DNA of 64,000 nt. It comes from Balanoglossus misakiensis. Its lineage: Eukaryota; Animalia; Hemichordata. The notes below the pieces were generated by a model. It ran no database searches, was not told the DNA's origin, and saw only the letters and a list, made by a program, of their open reading frames with translations. Position numbers and translations under genes: made by a program. Below are positions 1 through 11,625 of the stretch, in pieces. The stretch lies in assembly GCA_040954595.2 (NCBI GenBank), contig CM082577.2:4886301-4950300 (forward strand), read 5' to 3'. Each line of letters opens with the position of its first letter. Positions within the stretch are counted from its first letter, which is position 1.

Positions 1-3000
1 CAAAAAATGACCAAATTTCGAAAATTCGCAAAGTCGAAAAATCCTCGATTTTTGAAGATTTTCATGAGCTATAACCCATGATTTTTTCAAAAAATGAACA
101 AATTTCGAAAATTCGCAAAGTCGAAAAATCCTCGATTTTTGAAGATTTTCATGAGCTATAACCCATGATTTTTTCAAAAAATGACCAAATTTCGAAAATT
201 CGCAAAGTCGAAAAATCCTCGATTTTTGAAGATTTTCATGAGCTATAACCCATGATTTTTTCAAAAAATGACCAAATTTCGAAAATTCGCAAAGTCGAAA
301 AATCCTCGATTTTTGAAGATTTTCATGAGCTATAACCCATGATTTTTTCAAAAAATGACCAAATTTCGAAAATTCGCAAAGTCGAAAAATCCTCGATTTT
401 TGAAGATTTTCATGAGCTATAACCCATGATTTTTTCAAAAAATGACCAAATTTCGAAAATTCGCAAAGTCGAAAAATCCTCGATTTTTGAAGATTTTCAT
501 GAGCTATAACCCATGATTTTTTCAAAAAATGACCAAATTTCGAAAATTCGCAAAGTCGAAAAATCCTCGATTTTTGAAGATTTTCATGAGCTATAACCCA
601 TGATTTTTTCAAAAAATGACCAAATTTCGAAAATTCGCAAAGTCGAAAAATCCTCGATTTTTGAAGATTTTCATGAGCTATAACCCATGATTTTTTCAAA
701 AAATGACCAAATTTCGAAAATTCGCAAAGTCGAAAAATCCTCGATTTTTGAAGATTTTCATGAGCTATAACCCATGATTTTTTCAAAAAATGAACAAATT
801 TCGAAAATTCGCAAAGTCGAAAAATCCTCGATTTTTGAAGATTTTCATGAGCTATAACCCATGATTTTTTCAAAAAATGACCAAATTTCGAAAATTCGCA
901 AAGTCGAAAAATCCTCGATTTTTGAAGATTTTCATGAGCTATAACCCATGATTTTTTCAAAAAATGACCAAATTTCGAAAATTCGCAAAGTCGAAAAATC
1001 CTCGATTTTTGAAGATTTTCATGAGCTATAACCCATGATTTTTTCAAAAAATGACGAAATTTCGAAAATTCGCAAAGTCGAAAAATCCTCGATTTTTGAA
1101 GATTTTCATGAGCTATAACCCATGATTTTTTCAAAAAATGACCAAATTTCGAAAATTCGCAAAGTCGAAAAATCCTCGATTTTTGAAGATTTTCATGAGC
1201 TATAACCCATGATTTTTTCAAAAAATGACCAAATTTCGAAAATTCGCAAAGTCGAAAAATCCTCGATTTTTGAAGATTTTCATGAGCTATAACCCATGAT
1301 TTTTTCAAAAAATGACCAAATTTCGAAAATTCGCAAAGTCGAAAAATCCTCGATTTTTGATGATTTTCATGAGCTATAACCCACTATTTTTTCAAAAAAT
1401 GACCAAATTTCGAAAATTCGCAAAGTCGAAAAATCCTCGATTTTTGAAGATTTTCATGAGCTATAACCCATGATTTTTTCAAAAAATGACCAAATTACGA
1501 AAATTCGCAAAGTCGAAAAATCCTCGATTTTTGAAGATTTTCATGAGCTATAACCCATGATTTTTTCAAAAAATGACCAAATTTCGAAAATTCGCAAAGT
1601 CGAAAAATCCTCGATTTTTGAAGATTTTCATGAGCTATATAACCCATGATTTTTTCAAAAAATGACCAAATTTCGAAAATTCGCAAAGTCGAAAAATCCT
1701 CGATTTTTGAAGATTTTCATGAGCTATAACCCATGATTTTTTCAAAAAATGACCAAATTTCGAAAATTCGCAAAGTCGAAAAATCCTCGATTTTTGAAGA
1801 TTTTCATGAGCTATAACCCATGATTTTTTCAAAAAATGACCAAATTTCGAAAATTCGCAAAGTCGAAAAATCCTCGATTTTTGAAGATTTTCATGAGCTA
1901 TAACCCATGATTTTTTCAAAAAATGACCAAATTTCGAAAATTCGCAAAGTCGAAAAATCCTCGATTTTTGAAGATTTTCATGAGCTATAACCCATGATTT
2001 TTTCAAAAAATGACCAAATTTCGAAAATTCGCAAAGTCGAAAAATCCTCGATTATTGAAGATTTTCATGAGCTATAACCCATGATTTTTTCAAAAAATGA
2101 CCAAATTTCGAAAATTCGCAAAGTCGAAAAATCCTCGATTTTTGAAGATTTTCATGAGCTATAACCCATGATTTTTTCAAAAAATGACCAAATTTCGAAA
2201 ATTCGCAAAGTCGAAAAATCCTCGATTTTTGAAGATTTTCATGAGCTATAACCCATGATTTTTTCAAAAAATGACCAAATTTCGAAAATTCGCAAAGTCG
2301 AAAAATCCTCGATTTTTGAAGATTTTCATGAGCTATAACCCATGATTTTTTCAAAAAATGACCAAATTTCGAAAATTCGCAAAGTCGAAAAATCCTCGAT
2401 TTTTGAAGATTTTCATGAGCTATAACCCATGATTTTTTCATAAAATGACCAAATTTCGAAAATTCACAAAGTCGAAAAATCCTCGATTTTTGAAGATTTT
2501 CATGAGCTATAACCCATGATTTTTTCAAAAAATGACCAAATTTCGAAAATTCGCAAAGTCGAAAAATCCTCGATTTTTGATGATTTTCATGAGCTATAAC
2601 CCATGATTTTTTCAAAAAATGACCAAATTTCGAAAATTCGCAAAGTCGAAAAATCCTCGATTTTTGAAGATTTTCATGAGCTATAACCCACTATTTTTTC
2701 AAAAAATGACCAAATTTCGAAAATTCGCAAAGTCGAAAAATCCTCGATTTTTGAAGATTTTCATGAGCTATAACCCATGATTTTTTCAAAAAATGACCAA
2801 ATTACGAAAATTCGCAAAGTCGAAAAATCCTCGATTTTTGAAGATTTTCATGAGCTATAACCCATGATTTTTTCAAAAAATGACCAAATTTCGAAAATTC
2901 GCAAAGTCGAAAAATCCTCGATTTTTGAAGATTTTCATGAGCTATAACCCATGATTTTTTCAAAAAATGAACAAATTTCGAAAATTCGCAAAGTCGAAAA

Positions 3001-6000
3001 ATCCTCGATTTTTGAAGATTTTCATGAGCTATAACCCATGATTTTTTCAAAAAATGACCAAATTTCGAAAATTCGCAAAGTCGAAAAATCCTCGATTTTT
3101 GAAGATTTTCATGAGCTATAACCCATGATTTTTTCAAAAAATGACCAAATTACGAAAATTCGCAAAGTCGAAAAATCCTCGATTTTTGAAGATTTTCATG
3201 AGCTATAACCCATGATTTTTTCAAAAAATGACCAAATTTCGAAAATTCGCAAAGTCGAAAAATCCTCGATTTTTGAAGATTTTCATGAGCTATAACCCAT
3301 GATTTTTTCAAAAAATGACCAAATTTCGAAAATTCGCAAAGTCGAAAAATCCTCGATTTTTGAAGATTTTCATGAGCTATAACCCATGATTTTTTCAAAA
3401 AATGACCAAATTTCGAAAATTCGCAAAGTCGAAAAATCCTCGATTTTTGAAGATTTTCATGAGCTATAACCCATGATTTTTTCAAAAAATGACCAAATTT
3501 CGAAAATTCGCAAAGTCGAAAAATCCTCGATTTTTGAAGATTTTCATGAGCTATAACCCATGATTTTTTCAAAAAATGACCAAATTTCGAAAATTCGCAA
3601 AGTCGAAAAATCCTCGATTTTTGAAGATTTTCATGAGCTATAACCCATGATTTTTTCAAAAAATGACCAAATTTCGAAAATTCGCAAAGTCGAAAAATCC
3701 TCGATTTTTGAAGATTTTCATGAGCTATAACCCATGATTTTTTCAAAAAATGACCAAATTTCGAAAATTCGCAAAGTCGAAAAATCCTCGATTTTTGAAG
3801 ATTTTCATGAGCTATAACCCATGATTTTTTCAAAAAATGACCAAATTTCGAAAATTCGCAAAGTCGAAAAATCCTCGATTTTTGAAGATTTTCATGAGCT
3901 ATAACCCATGATTTTTTCAAAAAATGACCAAATTTCGAAAATTCGCAAAGTCGAAAAATCCTCGATTTTTGAAGATTTTCATGAGCTATAACCCATGATT
4001 TTTTCAAAAAATGACCAAATTTCGAAAATTCGCAAAGTCGAAAAATCCTCGATTTTTGAAGATTTTCATGAGCTATAACCCATGATTTTTTCAAAAAATG
4101 ACCAAATTTCGAAAATTCGCAAAGTCGAAAAATCCTCGATTTTTGAAGATTTTCATGAGCTATAACCCATGATTTTTTCAAAAAATGAACAAATTTCGAA
4201 AATTCGCAAAGTCGAAAAATCCTCGATTTTTGAAGATTTTCATGAGCTATAACCCATGATTTTTTCAAAAAATGACCAAATTTCGAAAATTCGCAAAGTC
4301 GAAAAATCCTCGATTTTTGAAGATTTTCATGAGCTATAACCCATGATTTTTTCAAAAAATGACCAAATTTCGAAAATTCGCAAAGTCGAAAAATCCTCGA
4401 TTTTTGAAGATTTTCATGAGCTATAACCCATGATTTTTTCAAAAAATGACCAAATTTCGAAAATTCGCAAAGTCGAAAAATCCTCGATTTTTGAAGATTT
4501 TCATGAGCTATAACCCATGATTTTTTCAAAAAATGACCAAATTTCGAAAATTCGCAAAGTCGAAAAATCCTCGATTTTTGAAGATTTTCATGAGCTATAA
4601 CCCATGATTTTTTCAAAAAATGACCAAATTTCGAAAATTCGCAAAGTCGAAAAATCCTCGATTTTTGAAGATTTTCATGAGCTATAACCCATGATTTTTT
4701 CAAAAAATGACCAAATTTCGAAAATTCGCAAAGTCGAAAAATCCTCGATTTTTGATGATTTTCATGAGCTATAACCCACTATTTTTTCAAAAAATGACCA
4801 AATTTCGAAAATTCGCAAAGTCGAAAAATCCTCGATTTTTGAAGATTTTCATGAGCTATAACCCATGATTTTTTCAAAAAATGACCAAATTACGAAAATT
4901 CGCAAAGTCGAAAAATCCTCGATTTTTGAAGATTTTCATGAGCTATAACCCATGATTTTTTCAAAAAATGACCAAATTTCGAAAATTCGCAAAGTCGAAA
5001 AATCCTCGATTTTTGAAGATTTTCATGAGCTATATAACCCATGATTTTTTCAAAAAATGACCAAATTTCGAAAATTCGCAAAGTCGAAAAATCCTCGATT
5101 TTTGAAGATTTTCATGAGCTATAACCCATGATTTTTTCAAAAAATGACCAAATTTCGAAAATTCGCAAAGTCGAAAAATCCTCGATTTTTGAAGATTTTC
5201 ATGAGCTATAACCCATGATTTTTTCAAAAAATGACCAAATTTCGAAAATTCGCAAAGTCGAAAAATCCTCGATTTTTGAAGATTTTCATGAGCTATAACC
5301 CATGATTTTTTCAAAAAATGACCAAATTTCGAAAATTCGCAAAGTCGAAAAATCCTCGATTTTTGAAGATTTTCATGAGCTATAACCCATGATTTTTTCA
5401 AAAAATGACCAAATTTCGAAAATTCGCAAAGTCGAAAAATCCTCGATTTTTGAAGATTTTCATGAGCTATAACCCATGATTTTTTCAAAAAATGACCAAA
5501 TTTCGAAAATTCGCAAAGTCGAAAAATCCTCGATTTTTGAAGATTTTCATGAGCTATAACCCATGATTTTTTCAAAAAATGACCAAATTTCGAAAATTCG
5601 CAAAGTCGAAAAATCCTCGATTTTTGAAGATTTTCATGAGCTATAACCCATGATTTTTTCAAAAAATGAACAAATTTCGAAAATTCGCAAAGTCGAAAAA
5701 TCCTCGATTTTTGAAGATTTTCATGAGCTATAACCCATGATTTTTTCAAAAAATGACCAAATTTCGAAAATTCGCAAAGTCGAAAAATCCTCGATTTTTG
5801 AAGATTTTCATGAGCTATAACCCATGATTTTTTCAAAAAATGACCAAATTTCGAAAATTCGCAAAGTCGAAAAATCCTCGATTTTTGAAGATTTTCATGA
5901 GCTATAACCCATGATTTTTTCAAAAAATGACCAAATTTCGAAAATTCGCAAAGTCGAAAAATCCTCGATTTTTGAAGATTTTCATGAGCTATAACCCATG

Positions 6001-8752
6001 ATTTTTTCAAAAAATGACCAAATTTCGAAAATTCGCAAAGTCGAAAAATCCTCGATTTTTGAAGATTTTCATGAGCTATAACCCATGATTTTTTCAAAAA
6101 ATGACCAAATTTCGAAAATTCGCAAAGTCGAAAAATCCTCGATTTTTGAAGATTTTCATGAGCTATAACCCATGATTTTTTCAAAAAATGACCAAATTTC
6201 GAAAATTCGCAAAGTCGAAAAATCCTCGATTTTTGAAGATTTTCATGAGCTATAACCCATGATTTTTCCAAAAAATGACCAAATTTCGAAAATTCGCAAA
6301 GTCGAAAAATCCTCGATTTTTGAAGATTTTCATGAGCTATAACCCATGATTTTTTCAAAAAATGACCAAATTTCGAAAATTCGCAAAGTCGAAAAATCCT
6401 CGATTTTTGAAGATTTTCATGAGCTATAACCCATGATTTTTTCAAAAAATGACCAAATTTCGAAAATTCGCAAAGTCGAAAAATCCTCGATTTTTGAAGA
6501 TTTTCATGAGCTATAACCCATGATTTTTTCATAAAATGACCAAATTTCGAAAATTCACAAAGTCGAAAAATCCTCGATTTTTGAAGATTTTCATGAGCTA
6601 TAACCCATGATTTTTTCAAAAAATGACCAAATTTCGAAAATTCGCAAAGTCGAAAAATCCTCGATTTTTGATGATTTTCATGAGCTATAACCCATGATTT
6701 TTTCAAAAAATGACCAAATTTCGAAAATTCGCAAAGTCGAAAAATCCTCGATTTTTGAAGATTTTCATGAGCTATAACCCACTATTTTTTCAAAAAATGA
6801 CCAAATTTCGAAAATTCGCAAAGTCGAAAAATCCTCGATTTTTGAAGATTTTCATGAGCTATAACCCATGATTTTTTCAAAAAATGACCAAATTACGAAA
6901 ATTCGCAAAGTCGAAAAATCCTCGATTTTTGAAGATTTTCATGAGCTATAACCCATGATTTTTTCAAAAAATGACCAAATTTCGAAAATTCGCAAAGTCG
7001 AAAAATCCTCGATTTTTGAAGATTTTCATGAGCTATAACCCATGATTTTTTCAAAAAATGAACAAATTTCGAAAATTCGCAAAGTCGAAAAATCCTCGAT
7101 TTTTGAAGATTTTCATGAGCTATAACCCATGATTTTTTCAAAAAATGACCAAATTTCGAAAATTCGCAAAGTCGAAAAATCCTCGATTTTTGAAGATTTT
7201 CATGAGCTATAACCCATGATTTTTTCAAAAAATGACCAAATTTCGAAAATTCGCAAAGTCGAAAAATCCTCGATTTTTGAAGATTTTCATGAGCTATAAC
7301 CCATGATTTTTTCAAAAAATGACCAAATTTCGAAAATTCGCAAAGTCGAAAAATCCTCGATTTTTGAAGATTTTCATGAGCTATAACCCATGATTTTTTC
7401 AAAAAATGACCAAATTACGAAAATTCGCAAAGTCGAAAAATCCTCGATTTTTGAAGATTTTCATGAGCTATAACCCATGATTTTTTCAAAAAATGACCAA
7501 ATTTCGAAAATTCGCAAAGTCGAAAAATCCTCGATTTTTGAAGATTTTCATGAGCTATAACCCATGATTTTTTCAAAAAATGACCAAATTTCGAAAATTC
7601 GCAAAGTCGAAAAATCCTCGATTTTTGAAGATTTTCATGAGCTATAACCCATGATTTTTTCAAAAAATGACCAAATTTCGAAAATTCGCAAAGTCGAAAA
7701 ATCCTCGATTTTTGAAGATTTTCATGAGCTATAACCCATGATTTTTTCAAAAAATGACCAAATTTCGAAAATTCGCAAAGTCGAAAAATCCTCGATTTTT
7801 GAAGATTTTCGTGAGCTATAACCCATGATTTTTTCAAAAAATGACCAAATTTCGAAAATTCGCAAAGTCGAAAAATCCTCGATTTTTGAAGATTTTCATG
7901 AGCTATAACCCATGATTTTTTCAAAAAATGACCAAATTTCGAAAATTCGCAAAGTCGAAAAATCCTCGATTTTTGAAGATTTTCATGAGCTATAACCCAT
8001 GATTTTTTCAAAAAATGACCAAATTTCGAAAATTCGCAAAGTCGAAAAATCCTCGATTTTTGAAGATTTTCATGAGCTATAACCCATGATTTTTTCAAAA
8101 AATGACCAAATTTCGAAAATTCGCAAAGTCGAAAAATCCTCGATTTTTGAAGATTTTCATGAGCTATAACCCATGATTTTTTCAAAAAATGACCAAATTT
8201 CGAAAATTCGCAAAGTCGAAAAATCCTCGATTTTTGAAGATTTTCATGAGCTATAACCCATGATTTTTTCAAAAAATGACCAAATTTCGAAAATTCGCAA
8301 AGTCGAAAAATCCTCGATTTTTGAAGATTTTCATGAGCTATAACCCATGATTTTTTCAAAAAATGAACAAATTTCGAAAATTCGCAAAGTCGAAAAATCC
8401 TCGATTTTTGAAGATTTTCATGAGCTATAACCCATGATTTTTTCAAAAAATGACCAAATTTCGAAAATTCGCAAAGTCGAAAAATCCTCGATTTTTGAAG
8501 ATTTTCATGAGCTATAACCCATGATTTTTTCATAAAATGACCAAATTTCGAAAATTCGCAAAGTCGAAAAATCCTCGATTTTTGAAGATTTTCATGAGCT
8601 ATAACCCATGATTTTTTCAAAAAATGACCAAATTTCGAAAATTCGCAAAGTCGAAAAATCCTCGATTTTTGAAGATTTTCATGAGCTATAACCCATGATT
8701 TTTTCAAAAAATGACCAAATTTCGAAAATTCGCAAAGTCGAAAAATCCTCGA
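1..8752. repeat. 87-bp tandem satellite array, ~100 near-identical copies, continues off the left edge
   Basis: Monomer CAAAAAATGACCAAATTTCGAAAATTCGCAAAGTCGAAAAATCCTCGATTTTTGAAGATTTTCATGAGCTATAACCCATGATTTTTT recurs at 1, 88 ... 871 (10x87); only sporadic SNVs and two TA insertions (~1637, ~5032). Confidence 0.99.
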
Positions 8753-8899
8753 TGATTTTCATGAGCTATAACCCATGATTTTTTTCAGAAAATGAAGAAA
8801 TTTTGGAAATTCGGTATAACCCATGAAAAATGTTCAAAAAGGCCCAAAATATCAAAATTCGGCAAGTCGAAATTTAGTCATTTTTTGAAAAAAATCATG
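8753..8899. repeat. Degenerate satellite edge ending in an inverted monomer fragment
   Basis: Deleted/diverged monomers at 8753-8866; 8867-8899 TCGAAATTTAGTCATTTTTTGAAAAAAATCATG is the reverse complement of monomer CATGATTTTTTCAAAAAATGACCAAATTTCGA with 1 mismatch and 1 extra A. Confidence 0.9.
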
Positions 8900-8976
8900 C
8901 GTGCGACAATCGAGTCTCTCTCTCCAATAAGCACAAAACTGACAAACGTACAAAAATGTCCGCATAAAACGTACAT

Positions 8977-8982
8977 TTTATT
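8977..8982 (-). promoter_or_regulatory. Candidate distal polyadenylation signal (AATAAA) for MYO15
   Basis: Plus-strand TTTATT at 8977; others at ~9306, ~9604, ~10311, ~10535; which is used is unknown. Confidence 0.3.
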
Positions 8983-11517
8983 AAATTTACCATCTGCCGG
9001 CATCTGCAATTCAAACTTTCTAATCAATTATTGTACAGATAAAGTGAAACTAAATGCAGTAATGTTGAATAGAATAGAAATAACTATGCCAATCTGAAAT
9101 GTTAGTAATGAATACAATTTCTGAAGACAGAGTTTTGACAGAAACTGAACGATCCAAATTTTGCAAGACTCATGCGGGTAAAGTTTCACTGTTATCTTTT
9201 GAAATCATACACCCAATCAGGACTTTCTACACGCATTTCATCCATGCATCAAAAAATTCACACCACACATCCACAGAATGGTTACTGTATGAGTAACAGT
9301 CAGCTTTTATTGAACTTTACTGTTTAACTGCGTGTTTGAAAGGCCGAATATCTTGAAATCACAAAATTCTTCTGGGTTACAAACAAATTATAGCATTACG
9401 CTTGCATGGGGAGATTACATAACTCTCTGATAACTACATGACAAATGAACAACTCTGGCTGGCAGTTCACGTCAAATGATTCATCATCATCATCCATTGC
9501 TAGGCTCTTGTTTGAATCAAAGTCTCCTCATCAGTTCGGATGTTTTCAAATGTCTGGTTTTGATCAGTTCAAACTTCTGTCCAAATTAAATCATATCAAC
9601 AATTTATTTATAATCAGCTCAAATCTATTACGCTCATTTCAAATCAAATCCATAATTGAGATCATAAAATCGTCACTGACCAGTTCAAATTAAATGACAC
9701 AAATCAAATCAGTGATTAGCCAGTTCATGTTGCTCAGCTGAGAAAGAGGGTCATTTCACGCTGAACTAGGGTGATTGAAAAAAGACCCCCCAAAATCAAA
9801 AACACCAAATGGATATACGTACAAAATATATTGAAACTTCTCACAATATTTAAATGGTATGACGTGTAACGAAGCAAGCTATTGGGGATGTTGACCCCAC
9901 ACAAAACAATAGAAATGCAACCTAAAGACTATAGTCTTGTCACTAACATTAACCCAGTACCTTCGACAATACTATGAATCTATGAAATATGCCATAACTA
10001 TGCACCTTAAGATTTCACCTTTTCGATACCTCCTCAAAGTTCAACAGTCATGATGAGTTTATGAACTCTTCATCAAATCTCTACACTTCAATCAATTCAT
10101 GAATGCAGAAACGAACTACAGTTGGTTGTTTAACTTGTGCCGTAATCCACAGACATAGAACACTCTAATGTGATCATTGCTTTGCTAATAATTATAGATA
10201 TAGGATAATTTACATATCTGTAATTGCAAATATATTGGAAGAAAAAAAAACTATATATACACCAATTAGATGGACTCTTGCATAATTTTATAAAATCCAT
10301 TCTAAGTTCATTTATTAACCCGCAATTCTTTTTCTTGAAAATTTACATACCCAAGGTAGTGAGTGGATAAAAAAATAGATAAATAAATTTACTAATCCAC
10401 CCTATATTCCTGACATTTTTTTCAGTAATTGTGGTAAATGTGACATCTGCATGCATGATTTTTAGACTACGTTTCTAATATATACAAATAATCCCAAATC
10501 ATTGTCATGTACACAACAATCACCTTTTTTTGTTTTTATTTATATGAATATTTGTAGACTTGTATCAACATTCTCGCAAGAGAGGCACCATGGAATGTAA
10601 TAATCAATGTTAATACTATCATAATTTGCATAGAAATGATTATAAATGGATAATAGGTGTGTTAAGTTACCACTGGAATAGTATTATAATCTTTGCTGAT
10701 TTCTTGGTTATTTTTATATGAGTTGCATCAAGTGTTGATGGAATTCTCTAACCACAACACTTCATCTACAAACATTGGCGAGTTTTTGCCCAAGAGAATT
10801 TGAGAAATTCTAATGTGAACTGACATGCCCATGGTATTTAAAGTCATGTGAATGCAACACTAGGTGCAGTATTATATCAAAAGATATCCAATTTTCTTTC
10901 ATGGAACAAAAAAAAAACAAGCTTATAACACCCTCTTCTCCACACCCATTTCACAAATTTCTGTTAGCAATCTTATTCTGCAAAACTTAACGTTGGTAAA
11001 TGAACACCAGTTACAAAAATTCTACATATCAAACATGCCTTAGGCAAAGAAACTAATGAAAACCATAAGCAATTTTTTTAACAACTGACTACATATTAAA
11101 CTCCATGTAAATGTTGTGAAAAAAAATATTTTGATCAGACTTTGATAAAATTCATCCACAGAAAATATAAATGTAAGTGACTTGGGTATACTGCCCTCAA
11201 TTCTTGTTTAAACGCAGCATCTCAAAAACTGTACTGAAAAATACAGCTGCTATTTATATCCTGTAACGATTCCATAGAATACAAACTAACAATATCCTTC
11301 AATTTTGCTTCAATTTATACAAAAGAAATCAGTTTCTTGGATAGCATGATTATCCGTACATAGTGACCATTACATCTCATGTTATTTCACAAATATCAGT
11401 AATGCCTTATTTGCAAATGGAAAATCTGTGACAAAGTGTATCGGATTTCTATCTAGTGAAAATCTGACTGAGACTTCCGGTTGTCTCTGTATTCCTTCTG
11501 TGCCGGCTGTTTTCCAT

Positions 11518-11625
11518 TCAGTTCATCTGGGCCGTGTTCTGGAACTCCGCTACCGGAGGTTGTTCGTACTTCCCGGCGACTTGAGCACGAATGTACTGGG
11601 ATATGATGTTTGATATTTCCGTGCC
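11518..11625 (-). CDS. MYO15: MYO15 terminal coding exon
   Basis: [35 protein letters not shown] then TGA; CCTTGCAG acceptor. Confidence 0.88.
   Translation of the reverse strand, partial: GTEISNIISQYIRAQVAGKYEQPPVAEFQNTAQMN

Noticed and set aside
1495-8707. Long minus-strand ORFs of repeated KKSWVIAHENLQKSRIFRLCEFSKFGHFL
   Set aside because: Artefact of an 87-bp (29-codon) satellite lacking a stop in one frame; listed starts are TTG; variants introduce stops and frameshifts freely
1-8752. CRISPR array
   Set aside because: No unique spacers, monomers are contiguous and near-identical, no cas genes, eukaryotic context
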